Notes: a model not told the origin generated them from the letters alone. Positions 1 through 11,712 are shown, numbered from the stretch's first letter. The stretch: 64,000 nucleotides of DNA from Histomonas meleagridis 2922-C6/04-290x (GCA_020184695.1 JAANOX010000142.1:372001-436000); one strand, 5' to 3'. Numbers and translations: made by a program.

Positions 1-754
1 GGATTTCAGCAACATCTGGATCATTACACGTGAAAAGTGCTGTTTGTCCATTATTATCTTAAATAATATTTTTTTCCTTATGAAAAATTATAAAACAAAT
101 TGCTTACATCAAAATCACAAGTACATAATGAGGTGAGTAATGTTTTAACCAATTATAGCTCGTACATTATCTCAAATGATGATTTAGAATCAGATTATTG
201 TATAAATTCCAATAAATCTTCGACAAAAATGCGGAGCGATCGTGGGCGTGATCGATATAATTAAAGCTATACTTGATTTCATGCTTGAGATTCAAATGAT
301 GTAAACGAACTCAGTAATTTCGCGTATACAAAAAGCTGAAATATATGTTTGGGAGTAAAGAAAGACAAATCTCTAAGTGAATTAAAAATTACAGTTTCTA
401 GAAAACCTAATTGAATTCTCATTTTAGATAAAAAATGACTTATTGGTGAAGTATGAAAAATGATGTTGGCTAGAATTAAAGTCTTTGCTTTGGGATTTTT
501 TGGCATTGAATAAAAATGGGTTAACGTCTTTAATAGAAAAAATTTCGTGTCGATCAAAATAAATTCAAATATTTCATTTAAAATGGTTGTGTTGGGGTAC
601 TCCAATTGCAAACACCACTATATCGATAGCACCGATAGAGATAAATTTGAAAATCTCGAAATAACCGTTAAATATTCAATATAAATGTGTTTTGGCGGTT
701 ATCACCGAAAATTATCAAAAATTTCAATTGAAACGATCAGTTCCATTTTATCAA

Positions 755-1306
755 ATGGATCAGAGAAGCTTCCAAATCAAGATGCAAGGTAAATCTCTCG
801 AAAGAGAAGCCAAAAGACTTCAGAAAGAGGCATTAAAGGAAAGAAAGAAGGCAAAGGCTGAACTTAAAAAAGGAAATAGAGCAACAGCAAATCTTTATGC
901 ACAAAATGCTGTTCGTTTCGAACAACAAGCAACACAACTTCTTCAAAGCTGCGCAACAACACAAGGTTTTGCAACAGATATGCGTAATGCCCAAGTTTCA
1001 GCAGATATGGCAAGAACAATGAACAGAGCAACAACAGGAATGGAAAAATGCAGCAAGGCTGTTAACCTTGAGAAAATTTCCGCAAACCGTAACAAGATGG
1101 ATGGATTAAAGGCAAAAATGGGTGCTGCAAATGATTTGATGAACAATACAGAAGGCGAAATGGAGCTTAATGCTGGTGCAGAAGACCTTCTTGCTGCTCT
1201 TGAAGCAGAAAATAATGAAGATGCTATGTTACAAATGGCTGACATCCCAACCGGAATTCCATCAATGGGTGAAACGCAAGCCACTGGCAATAAGTTAGGG
1301 TATTAA
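755..1306 (+). CDS. CHMP1: ESCRT-III Snf7-family protein, CHMP1/Did2(Vps46)-like
   Basis: Basic N-terminal helix (FQIKMQGKSLEREAKRLQKE...KGNRATANLYAQNAVR) and acidic C-terminus typical of CHMP1. First ATG at 755 preferred over the track's TTG at 692. M3-like motifs at 663-670 and 694-701. Confidence 0.8.
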   Translation: MDQRSFQIKMQGKSLEREAKRLQKEALKERKKAKAELKKGNRATANLYAQNAVRFEQQATQLLQSCATTQGFATDMRNAQVSADMARTMNRATTGMEKCSKAVNLEKISANRNKMDGLKAKMGAANDLMNNTEGEMELNAGAEDLLAALEAENNEDAMLQMADIPTGIPSMGETQATGNKLGY

Positions 1307-1649
1307 ATAAACACCAGGCAATAATTTCCTTCTTTATAATAAAAAATAATTATAATTATAATTTCTCCTACGGAAATTTTACTTTCAATTTTTTGAAATC
1401 AATGTATTTCCTTTGATTTGAGTTTCCTTTTTTATAAATGAAATTGAATGTTTGGTAAAAATTAATAATTGAACCAAATATTTTTTATAATAGATTTCAC
1501 TTACAAGCATTCTCTTGTTAAGCTATAGTTCATTCGAATTTAGTTAAAATAATGGTCAAAATGAATGTAAAAATGTGTTTCTCCATGATAACGAAAAGTG
1601 GTCAATTTGCGTATTTAACAAGGTTCGTTCGATTCAAAAGTGACAACAA

Positions 1650-2105
1650 ATGGCTGCTCAGCAACTCCCACTCTCTTCCCTTTCAGTTGATCAACTCATG
1701 ATGTTAAAAAGTCAACTCGAAGGAGACCTTGATAAACTCACACAACAGATCAAAATGACCAATGAATCTGTTCGTAACTCTCAAAATGCAAAAGAAGCAC
1801 TTGCGGCATTCAATGCATCACAACCCGGAAAAGAAATGTTAGTCCCTATTACCGAATCTATGTATGTTCATGGAACTGTTCTTGAAACAAAGCGTCCAAT
1901 CATTGAAATTGGTGCTGGATACTTTGCTGAGACATCAGTCGATAATGCGACACAATTCTTTAGCAGAAGGATTAGTAGGTTAAATGGACAACAAGAAAAA
2001 TTAGCAGCACAATTTAAAGAGAAACAACAGCAATACCAAATTACGGTCCAAATTATCAATCAAAAGCTTAGCAGCTATCGCCAAACCCAAAAGGCTCCAC
2101 AGTAA
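1650..2105 (+). CDS. PFDN5: Prefoldin alpha subunit 5-like
   Basis: LSVDQLMMLKSQLE...EMLVPITESMYVHG...IIEIGAGYFAE matches the prefoldin alpha coiled-coil/beta-hairpin pattern. Confidence 0.88.
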   Translation: MAAQQLPLSSLSVDQLMMLKSQLEGDLDKLTQQIKMTNESVRNSQNAKEALAAFNASQPGKEMLVPITESMYVHGTVLETKRPIIEIGAGYFAETSVDNATQFFSRRISRLNGQQEKLAAQFKEKQQQYQITVQIINQKLSSYRQTQKAPQ

Positions 2106-2589
2106 ACATTGAATCCATATTTTTTTATATTTCAATTGATATATTTAATCTTTTTGTTTGTATACAATGAAGTGAAATATTACACTTCTTCATGAAAAAA
2201 GCAAAATGTAAAAGATCAATGCGAATGAAATTAACCATTCGAAAGAAAATCAAAACCATTTGCTTGTGTTTCATCAAAAATTGTTAAAATAAAACTTAAT
2301 CCACAGATTACCCAAGTTTTAAAATTCTTTGAAAGTAATAAATCATGATCAAAACTTTTCCCTTCTACTTATTTCACAAATGTCATAGTGAACCGTCTTA
2401 CTTATAACCAAATTAAATGAAAATGGGTTTCATACAGTAAAATTAAATACAATTCTATCAAGTTCAAATTTTTTTAAAATTTTAAAATTTTCTTTTTCTT
2501 TTAATAAGTTTATTGTTTTCATCTTCTTGCATGAGTGAAAAGTGACAAAACTGTAAAAAAAAGAAGTTTTTAATTTTGATTTTCTCCTA

Positions 2590-3462
2590 ATGGAAATACA
2601 AAATGCTAAGAAAACAGAGTGGGAAATCATTAACCCAAGAGCACTATTCCCAATTGCTTATTTAACAAAGTTTCCAGAAAGACGATTTTTTCGACATTAT
2701 GAAATTAATCTAACATTTCCAACAATTGCAATTTCGTTATCTATCATTGCTCTTACTCTTGATTTTTTAGTTTTCATTCCTTTAGTTGAAATATCAAAAA
2801 ATATTCTAATAATAATAATTTTCTTTAATTTTTTTATGTTTTTATGGTCTTATCTTGCTGCTGTTCTTATGGATCCAGGATTTTTGCCATATAACTGGGA
2901 TGAAACTCGACTATCTTGGTATCCTTGGGAAGAACAATTATCAGGAATTGCTATAGATGATGAACAATTTTCATATGTGTCAAATCATGCAAGACCAAAG
3001 GAAGCCTCATTTTCACATAAATCTGGTAGATTTGTAATCCGTGGTGATCATTTCTGTGGCTGGATTTCGAATTGGGTTGCAAAACGAAATCACAAACAAT
3101 TTATTTTAATGTTATTTTGGGGTTCTATTTTTGTATTTTCATTGGTTTTACCACGTTTTTTTGTTCGAAGTGATGCACATTGCTTTTCTGAAATGCTTGA
3201 ATCACTCGCAAACATTTTCATTATTTTTGAATGTTTTATAGCAACGTTTTTATTTGCGGGTTTTATTTCACAAATCATTGAAGGAATGTTTAATAATACA
3301 AAAATTAAAGAATATAAAAATCCGAAAAATAGCCGAAAAAAATGCGAATTTTCTTCATTGAGGGAAATATTTGGGAATTCGCCAATTTGTCTTTGGCTTA
3401 TTCCTATACCAGCATTTGGTAAACATATAGAACTGACTCCTGACATAGAAACACTATTATAA
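2590..3462 (+). CDS. DHHC-family palmitoyltransferase-like membrane protein (DHFC variant)
   Basis: Four hydrophobic segments, DPG motif, and RPKEASFSHKSGRFVIRGDHFCGWISNWVAKRNHKQF Cys-rich-domain signature. Confidence 0.85.
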   Translation: MEIQNAKKTEWEIINPRALFPIAYLTKFPERRFFRHYEINLTFPTIAISLSIIALTLDFLVFIPLVEISKNILIIIIFFNFFMFLWSYLAAVLMDPGFLPYNWDETRLSWYPWEEQLSGIAIDDEQFSYVSNHARPKEASFSHKSGRFVIRGDHFCGWISNWVAKRNHKQFILMLFWGSIFVFSLVLPRFFVRSDAHCFSEMLESLANIFIIFECFIATFLFAGFISQIIEGMFNNTKIKEYKNPKNSRKKCEFSSLREIFGNSPICLWLIPIPAFGKHIELTPDIETLL

Positions 3463-3893
3463 ATAAAAACTCATTAGCTTTAGATAAATCTTTTGATTCA
3501 GATTTCGTTGAATTTAGTCTAATTCAAAAATGTAAAAATTTGAAATTCAGATTTGTTCGAGAATACGATTTAACGACTAATCTTTTATTTCGAATTGATT
3601 TGGAAATAATGAAAAAATTAAAAATATATTATAAATTAATGGAGCAAACTTTTTGTAGATAATGGAAAAAAATCAAAAAAATAACTACCTAAATCACTTC
3701 TTCGGGAAAAAATTTTTTTTAAATGGAATAATAAACACATGTGATGGACATCACTGACAAAACACTTTAAAATCTCATTGCGTTGTAAACTTACCACAGA
3801 AATTTGTAAATGGAAAACTATTGTTTTGTGTGAAACTGCCGGGTTTTCCCATTCAATTTTCCCCCGGTTTTTCATAACCATAAATCGTTGACT

Positions 3894-5045
3894 ATGAACG
3901 ACGAAAAAAATAACCCTTATGATACCACTGTGAACTATGGGAACTATTACGATTATCAAAATCCAAACGACCCTTACCAAAAACCTGTCGATAATATGTA
4001 TCAAGCGCCTGATCTTACGCCAGATTATAATGCTGACTATATTCCACCTTCATCACAAGATATTTCTAATGTAGACGATCCCAGTGAGCAACCGCGTAAG
4101 AAAAGGTTCATTCGTAGAGCTAATAATTTCATTCGCAAAAAATGGTATCGAAAATTAGGCTTTGGTTTTCTATGTCTCTTTGATGTTTATATGATTTTGG
4201 GCTTCTTTATTCCACTGATTATTTATGGCGTTGCCAAGGGAAAGCATCCTGTTCCCGATATTGATGTTACCATACCAATTCTTCATTGGGTTTTAATAGT
4301 TTTTGGTTCTCTTTTTGGTCTCTCAGTTATATTCCATGATCAAATGCACGGTATCGTTTTTGCCTTCTCCATATTTTTATTTTTAGTTGCATGGGTAATT
4401 AATTGTACCATTGCAAGTAGCACTGAAATTTACAATGCTGCAAACAAAATTTATACTCCTGAAACTTATGCTGATCTTACAAAGAAACTCACAGAGTCAA
4501 AACCATATGTCAGCATTCGAGTCACAGCCAAAAAAACAGTTGTTGTCAAGAAAAAAAACTCAAGAACCACTAAAGAAGTTTCGTGTGAATCCAAGAAAAT
4601 AACAATTACTTCTGATGAATATGAAGACAACTCAACATTTCCTAACATAATTCTTGACAATGGAACCGAAGAAATATATTATATCAATTTCGATAAAAAT
4701 ATCAAATGGACATATGAAGCAAGCAGTTTAATAAATGAAGTAAAAAACAAATTATACAATGCAGTTAGAGCACAATACAAATCATCTGATTATTCGGATT
4801 GGAATTTGGAAGTAGCACATACAATTACGAATAACGTTGACGTTGTTGTGGTAACAAATAAAAAAGAGTTAAGTGGCGTGTTAAGTTATGGAGCTAAAAT
4901 CGCATTGACTGTTTTATGGGCGCCTGCTATCTATTGCTATAATTTGGCAGCTTCAACAAATTATAAAATGGCAACGGTAACAAAATTAAATGCGGAACTA
5001 CCAAAAACTTATTATAACTATGATTCTTATCTTTTGTATTGTTAA
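3894..5045 (+). CDS. Multi-pass membrane protein, possibly TMEM151-like
   Basis: Long clean ORF with ATG at 3894, Tyr/Asn/Pro-rich N-tail, three hydrophobic segments, a soluble domain and a C-terminal hydrophobic patch. Family resemblance is from memory of the layout only. Confidence 0.6.
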   Translation: MNDEKNNPYDTTVNYGNYYDYQNPNDPYQKPVDNMYQAPDLTPDYNADYIPPSSQDISNVDDPSEQPRKKRFIRRANNFIRKKWYRKLGFGFLCLFDVYMILGFFIPLIIYGVAKGKHPVPDIDVTIPILHWVLIVFGSLFGLSVIFHDQMHGIVFAFSIFLFLVAWVINCTIASSTEIYNAANKIYTPETYADLTKKLTESKPYVSIRVTAKKTVVVKKKNSRTTKEVSCESKKITITSDEYEDNSTFPNIILDNGTEEIYYINFDKNIKWTYEASSLINEVKNKLYNAVRAQYKSSDYSDWNLEVAHTITNNVDVVVVTNKKELSGVLSYGAKIALTVLWAPAIYCYNLAASTNYKMATVTKLNAELPKTYYNYDSYLLYC

Positions 5046-5360
5046 GATGGTATTACTCTCTTTTGACATTTAAACAATAAGTTAACTTTCGAATTTTTGT
5101 TTTTTCTGTGATAGTTCGGGTTTCGTTTCGCATTTCAAAAATTTGGATGTATCCAAAGCGAAAATGAATTCAAAGTTTCTCTATGCTCAGATATGTTTTT
5201 TCTGTAGAAAGTGTTTATTAATTAAAACAATTTAAAAGATAATTATCTCTGAAGATGGAGCAAATAGATTTTCATTGAATAGTTTATTTCTGATGTCATT
5301 CAATATTAAATGATTTACATTATTCTCCTTTTTGGTGAAAGAATTCCTTCTTTTTTGGCT

Positions 5361-8132
5361 ATGTCCTTTGAGGAATTAGCAAAATCTTTCCTCAACCCAA
5401 ATATATCTCAAAACGAAATCGCTAAAATTGCATTTGACATTCAAATAAAACTCAATGAACAAATTGAAGATAAAAATGTATTAAAATCTTTTTCTAAAGT
5501 TCTTATTAATATTCTGAAAAAATTAATGGAAAAGAATACTCCATCATCTTATTCTATAATAAATTTAATTCCTTCAATAATCCAAAAAATTGATTCTCGA
5601 CAATCATTAATATGCAAAATACTTAAAATTGATGCACCATTTGAAGCTCAAATACCATTATTTTTGGGCATTTCAGAAAACCGTCTCACCAAAACTGCAT
5701 CAGATATATTTCAAGAAAAATTAGAAAAAATTGTAGAATCGAATCCACAATATTCATCAGCTATATTAAACATTAGTCTTTTTCTTTTTGAATCTCAGCC
5801 ATCTTTGCGTTGGGCCCAACTCATCAGATTTATTTTCAATCACATCTTAACACAAGATTTTGTTAATTGTGTTTATCTTTTACGTTCCAAACGAAATTGC
5901 GGCAGCCAACTTTGTTCTCATATTTGTCGATCTATTAAAAGTAGCGACACTTTATACAAAAGTGATTTATTTCTTTTATTTATACTTTCTTCGATTAGTT
6001 TTGAATGTATTTCTAAAACATTAAAATATTTGTTGTTTCATGATAAATCACAACAAGTTACAATTCAAGATTATCCATTACATTTAATAAATTTTAATGA
6101 GCTCATTGATTGTTTTTGTTATATTTGTTCATCCAAAAAATCGATAAATTATATTGATGAAATTTCACGTTTAATATTCGAATCATTTAAATCGATAAAA
6201 TCATCACAAATATTAACATTTGCACTTTATAACATTGATGAAAACAAAATACTTTTAACTGCAACATTAAAAGCAATTGAAATATGTTCGAAAGATGTTC
6301 CACAATTATTTATTACAAATTTTGATCCAATAAATGTCCTTTATACTGTTTCATGGCAAATAATTAATAAAATAATTCGGCCGATTTTATATGCATCTGT
6401 TTATTATCCTGAAGTTATTGATGATTTAATTTCTTATTTAAAAAAAATGTCAATTCGACCTTCGCGTGTTGAATTTTCAATAAATTCTTTTTGTTATTTA
6501 CTTTCAAACATAGAATCAGAAGAAATCCAAAAAGTAATCATCGAAACAATTACTCCTTTAACGAAAGATCCTTATTTAAGGTCGAAAATTTTTCAAAATT
6601 TGTCGAAAATGAAATTTAAAAACGAACCGAAAAAAATGATTTTAAAAATAGTTTCGGAATATTGGAACTTGTTTATTAATAATGAGTTTAATGATTTGAT
6701 TTTTGAAGATTCCAATGGTTGTATAATAGCTAATGAATTTCCTGGAAGTTTATTAGCGATTTTTTTAAGTCTTGGAAATTCTTTAGATAATTTAAATCAT
6801 TTAATTGATTTAAATAGTTCGAATTTTAATGAAGAATTCCATTTTCCTATTCAACTTGCATTAAGAGCTGATTTATATTCACTTTTAATTAATTATAATG
6901 AAAATGCATTTAAAATTTTTTGTGAATATTTTTATGTTATTGATAAAACTTCCGAAAGAATCGAAATCGAAATCATCTCGAAATGGTGTAAATTAAAACT
7001 AAATTATAATTTTTTAATCAATTATATATTAAACAATAATGAGATTAATTATGTTTATTATTTTGTCGTCTTTAGACAATTACTTAATTCAAAAGAAGGA
7101 AATAATAATCAAATAATTCATAAATGTTTAGAGATATTTTATGAAACGAAAAATGAAAATGATGAACAATATGAACCATTTTGTAATATATTTCAACAAT
7201 CATTTTTCGATGATTCATATATTCGTTTTCGTGAAGAATTAACAATTTTTATATCAAAGAATTTGACTCCAGGATTAATAAATGTTGATGAGTTTATCGA
7301 ATCGATGAATAATGAAATAATAAATTATGATATAACTAATTTACATTGTAAAGCATATTTAACTATATTTGAAACAGGTTTAAATGTTTCAAATAAATCA
7401 TCTGAATCACTTTTTTCGTTTTTGACCAATTTTTATTTTACTGATTTAAAAATGTTTTCTAAAATGATCGAAATTACATTAAAAAAATCAGTTGAAGAAG
7501 ATGCATTTAATATTGCAAATATATTATTTACATCGACAACTTCAATTGATTCAGATGTTAAATTTAAAATGAAAGGTTCAAAACATATAATATTAATCCA
7601 ATTATCGAAATGGCTTATTATGAAAATTAATGAAAAGAAAAAAATCAACGAAAACATTTTAAATTTATTATATTTACTTCTTTCATTAGAAAAAATTAGC
7701 ATTTCGATTGTTCGTTCATTTTTCCATGTTATCGATTGTATATTACATATCTCAGTAAGACCTTTTAAAGGTTTTGATGAGTTCGAAGAAAAATGTAAAA
7801 ATTGGTTAACAAATCATAAAAATGAAATCGGAGCTTCTGCATTTGGTAAATCAATGGCGAGATTACAAATGTTAGAAAAACGAAAAAATAAAACGGAAAG
7901 CGAACCAATAATATCGGATAAAAAACAAAAAGTTTTCTCGTTAAAATGGAGAGGATCATCGAAATGGATTAACGAGGCTTTGATTGATGAGCCAGGTAGT
8001 GATAATTATGAGGATTTATACGGGTTCATAAATGAAGATTATGATCTGGAAGAGGAAGAAGAAGACTCAATAGAAGAAATATCAGAAGAAAAATTTTTGG
8101 AAATACAAAAATATCTTTTCAAAAAGAAATAG
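5361..8132 (+). CDS. Large alpha-helical hypothetical protein with acidic C-terminus
   Basis: ORF of more than 920 codons, Leu/Ile-rich helical composition. Start placed at MSFEEL (5361); 5310 is an alternative. No family recognised. Confidence 0.7.
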   Translation: MSFEELAKSFLNPNISQNEIAKIAFDIQIKLNEQIEDKNVLKSFSKVLINILKKLMEKNTPSSYSIINLIPSIIQKIDSRQSLICKILKIDAPFEAQIPLFLGISENRLTKTASDIFQEKLEKIVESNPQYSSAILNISLFLFESQPSLRWAQLIRFIFNHILTQDFVNCVYLLRSKRNCGSQLCSHICRSIKSSDTLYKSDLFLLFILSSISFECISKTLKYLLFHDKSQQVTIQDYPLHLINFNELIDCFCYICSSKKSINYIDEISRLIFESFKSIKSSQILTFALYNIDENKILLTATLKAIEICSKDVPQLFITNFDPINVLYTVSWQIINKIIRPILYASVYYPEVIDDLISYLKKMSIRPSRVEFSINSFCYLLSNIESEEIQKVIIETITPLTKDPYLRSKIFQNLSKMKFKNEPKKMILKIVSEYWNLFINNEFNDLIFEDSNGCIIANEFPGSLLAIFLSLGNSLDNLNHLIDLNSSNFNEEFHFPIQLALRADLYSLLINYNENAFKIFCEYFYVIDKTSERIEIEIISKWCKLKLNYNFLINYILNNNEINYVYYFVVFRQLLNSKEGNNNQIIHKCLEIFYETKNENDEQYEPFCNIFQQSFFDDSYIRFREELTIFISKNLTPGLINVDEFIESMNNEIINYDITNLHCKAYLTIFETGLNVSNKSSESLFSFLTNFYFTDLKMFSKMIEITLKKSVEEDAFNIANILFTSTTSIDSDVKFKMKGSKHIILIQLSKWLIMKINEKKKINENILNLLYLLLSLEKISISIVRSFFHVIDCILHISVRPFKGFDEFEEKCKNWLTNHKNEIGASAFGKSMARLQMLEKRKNKTESEPIISDKKQKVFSLKWRGSSKWINEALIDEPGSDNYEDLYGFINEDYDLEEEEEDSIEEISEEKFLEIQKYLFKKK

Positions 8133-8499
8133 ATTTATAAATTGTATATTTTTTTTTCATTTGTTTCTATTTGCTTATAAGATTTTTTGAAAAATTGCAA
8201 TGGCACAACGCCACGCATTGATATAAGATTTAATTAATTATTCAAGGGTACTCAACCAGAGAAGTACAGATATATCTAATACAATATACATGTCCTTTTC
8301 CATTATCAACAAAATGAGTTAATTCTGAGAGCATATAAAATTTGTCTAAAGAAATTGAATTTACAAGAAATAAACTGGTGAGGATCACATCAAAGGTATA
8401 TTTTCCATTTTGTTACATGATTATTTCCATGATTTATAAAATATTCAAAAAGTTCAAATTTATAAGACCGTTAAAGCACGCAATTACCTCACATTATTC

Positions 8500-10432
8500 A
8501 TGGAAAGTAGTTGTCGCTTAGAGATACCTCTTAATTCAATTACCAAAATATTACAAACATATTGTAAAGAAGATTTTTGTTTCTGTCTTGGGAGAAAAAA
8601 AGTTCATTGCAATAAAATTATTGCCGACATTATTTCACCAGAAGTTGCAGCGATTCATAATGAAAATCCTAAAATCAATAGCTTTGAAGTTGACTATGAA
8701 GATTCGTATGGAGACATGGAACTTATCAATCTTCAATAATAATTATGTTAATATTCCTTCACATAAAGTTAATGATATTATCGATCTTTGTTTAGCGCTG
8801 GGTAATGTTAGCCTTACCAGACAATTACGTAGTTTTATGAAGGGTTCTAAAGTTTCAACCAATAAATCATCTCAACCAAATACATGTCAAGAAACATCCC
8901 AACTAATTCCAGTATACATCAGAATGTTAGGTAAGAGTTTCACACAAATCGATATTTCACCCCAAGAAACTGTTCAAAGATTAAAAGAAAAGATATGTCA
9001 AACATTAGAAATATCAGTTTTAGAACAACGCCTTTATCTCGGCGGGAAAGCACTTCAAAATTCACTTCCGTTAAGTTATTATGAGATTAAATCTGGTAGT
9101 AATATTTATTTATTCCCAATCAAAAACAATTTAAATTACAAACCCTTTGAAACTGCGGTCGACGTGTACACTCCAGACAATAAAATTGTCAAAATAAATG
9201 TAATTTCTAATGATACAATAAAAATTTTCAAAGAGAAAATCTTTCTACAAGAAAAAATACCAATCGAAAAACAATTTCTCTTTTTCCAAGGATTCCCTGT
9301 GTATGACTTTCTCACACTTCGTGATTATCCATGTTATGAACAAAATTTAACATGTATTTTTTATTTATTATCAAATGCTAAAGGAGAATTACCGATTCAA
9401 ATTTTCTCACTACAAAGTAAAGCCTTTGAAGTCAATGTACCATTGACGGGCACAATGTTAAACTTAAAAGAGAAGATATTCCAATTAAAAGGATATCCTA
9501 TTAATGAACAAAAAATTAAATGGAATGAAAATGATTTCTCTTTAATTGGGGAAAATATTCATCCTAATATTAGACTATTTTTAATTTTGAAGAATGATCC
9601 ATCGCCATTAGAATCAACGCAACCAAATTCATATGAAATAGAAATAAAGACTTTAACAGGTAAATGTATTAAAATGAATGTAACATCGGATGAAACAATT
9701 GAAGAAATAAAATATCGATTAACTTATTCGGAAGGAATACCACCATGTCAACAAAGGCTTATTTTTGGAGTATATTTAGATGATAAAAAGACACTTGAAG
9801 ATTATAATATTGTTGCGAATTCGACTATATTTTTAGTAATCAGACTTTTAGGTGGTAAGCCAGTAATTTACATATATCCGAAAGAGAAAATGGACGTAAA
9901 TGTGAAAGTTCATATCAAAGGTGACTTTACTTGTACATATCCAAAGTATAATACTGAAGCAGGTTGGAACGTGAACGTGAATGAAAATGGTATAATGACT
10001 AACAAAGATAATCCAAACTCCATCGAATATGATAGTTTGTTCTGGGAATGTTTGTTTGATAATAATGAGTTTAAGTTTGATGAAGGATTTATCGTGTCAA
10101 AAGATGACGCGGAAATGTTTTTGGAAGAAAAATTATATTATTTGGGACTGAGGGGTAAAGAGTTAATAAGTTTCATTCAGTTTTGGCTGCCGCAAATACA
10201 AAGAAGTGAATACACAATGGTTAAGTTCTTGAGCGAGGAATATGAAAACGTGGCACAACTCGAAGTGACGCCGAAGCCGGACTGCGTAATTAGAGTGTAC
10301 ATGATAATGAAAAACTTGCGGAATAATAATAAAGTCGAAGAATTACCGCTGCAGAACTTGGAGAAGTTGCACAAGGAACGAAATGGATATTCAGTTATCG
10401 AATGGGGCGGCACAATAGTGTACGATGTTTGA
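8500..10432 (+). CDS. Multi-ubiquitin-like-domain fusion protein: parabasalid-type N-terminal domain, 4 Ubl domains, C-terminal KPVIYxYP domain; one frameshift near 8730
   Basis: ORFs 8500-8739 and 8588-10432 join with a +1 shift. The last Ubl (IEIKTLTGK...[11 protein letters not shown]...KTLEDYNI...LVIRLLGG) is clearly ubiquitin-like. M3-like GACCGTTA at 8466-8473 supports the 8500 start. Confidence 0.75.
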
Positions 10433-10841
10433 GTAAATAAACACTTTATAATGTTAATCAAAATAAGTAAATCAAAATGTATTTCTTGATGAGCAATTAA
10501 AACTACAACAAAGAAGGAAATGTTCCTTATCCACCTTTAAACGAGCAATGATTTGTTTCAGTATTTCCACATGTTATGTTCACCTGTTTATGTGCGTTTA
10601 GTACCCCTCATGAGCGAATGTTCAAACAGTGGAAAATGTTATACAATGAACAATGCATTTTTTGTTTTATAAAAGAACAACATTCATAAAGTGATGATAT
10701 ATTATATTGACTCTTTAATATCAAAAAATGATGAATGCTTAGCAAAAAATGAACATAGACACTGTATAAAATTTTAAATTACAAAATATTTATTCATTTA
10801 TGCCCTTTTATTTTAATAATAAGATTATTCAAGTTAAAGTT

Positions 10842-11099
10842 TCAGAGATGTGAACGAACATTTTCGTCTGAATCGGAATCTGAGCTACTGTCATCATTCT
10901 GTCTTCTTACCATATTTGTAATTCTCCTTTCTGTGTTAGTTTGCTTTGTTTTAGGAATTGATTTTGGATCAGCACCAAGTCCTAACCTCGCAGGTCTTTG
11001 TTTGAATGAAACTTCCCAATCTCTGTCATCATCTGGTCTTTCTTCTACACCTTCAAAAAATTTGGCCATTAGAGCAGGAGGCATTTGATTTCTCGACAT
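10842..11099 (-). CDS. Small conserved-looking protein with RPARLGLGA motif and acidic Ser/Asp tail
   Basis: ATG at 11099. The RPxRLGLGA motif resembles small uncharacterised eukaryotic proteins. Divergent from the Dpy-30-motif gene. Confidence 0.6.
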   Translation of the reverse strand: MSRNQMPPALMAKFFEGVEERPDDDRDWEVSFKQRPARLGLGADPKSIPKTKQTNTERRITNMVRRQNDDSSSDSDSDENVRSHL

Positions 11100-11149
11100 T
11101 CGACCAATAAATTTACGATAGGAGACCGTTAATGAAATAACGTACTTAA
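11100..11149. promoter_or_regulatory. 50-bp bidirectional promoter with M3-like element
   Basis: Two divergent ATGs separated by 50 bp. GACCGTTA at 11124-11131 matches the Trichomonas M3 consensus RRCSGTTD. Confidence 0.6.
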
Positions 11150-11560
11150 ATGGAAGATTCATACCTTAGACGTGTATTGGGAGATGTTCTTGTTGAAGGA
11201 TTAAAAGAAACTGCTCTTGAAGATCCAACAGATCCAATTGACTTTCTTGCTAAATGGCTTCTTCATCATCAAGATGCTGAAGATCAATGGAATTCATTTC
11301 GAGAAGAACAGAAACAATTAAGTATATCAAAGGCAGAATACATGGCTAACCTTGAAGCTGAGTATCAGGCAATAGAAGAAGAAAGAAGATTACGTGAAGA
11401 AGAAGAAAAGAAACGTATTGAAGAAGAAGAAAAAAGAAGAATAGAGGAAGAAAAGGCCAAAAAGAAGGCAGAAGAAGAAGAGGAAGAAGACAAGGATGAA
11501 AATACAGAAGAAAATGATACATCAGTGATCTATAGTGAATCACTCAGCGAAGCATATTAA
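11150..11560 (+). CDS. Dpy-30 motif protein (DYDC-like) with charged coiled coil
   Basis: YLRRVLGDVLVEGLKETALEDPTDPIDFLAKWL Dpy-30/RIIa-type dimerisation motif followed by an E/K/R-rich helix. Confidence 0.8.
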   Translation: MEDSYLRRVLGDVLVEGLKETALEDPTDPIDFLAKWLLHHQDAEDQWNSFREEQKQLSISKAEYMANLEAEYQAIEEERRLREEEEKKRIEEEEKRRIEEEKAKKKAEEEEEEDKDENTEENDTSVIYSESLSEAY

Positions 11561-11712
11561 ACTTATTTGATTCTTTTTAAACATATTTTTTATTTATACA
11601 AAAATTTTAGAATTAAGTTTTGTAAAAAGATGTAAAAAGTCTCATTTTAAAAAAAACGGTTTTCATACAGAAACAATGAACGTTTATAATTCCAAACGTT
11701 TGTAATTTTTGC

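Noticed and set aside
279-611. 110-aa minus-strand ORF as a gene
   Set aside because: TTG start, no recognisable domain, and no consistent continuation in 1-280. It could be a decayed gene, but that cannot be supported from the sequence.
5361-8132. Assignment to a named HEAT-repeat family
   Set aside because: No diagnostic motif recognisable without a profile search.
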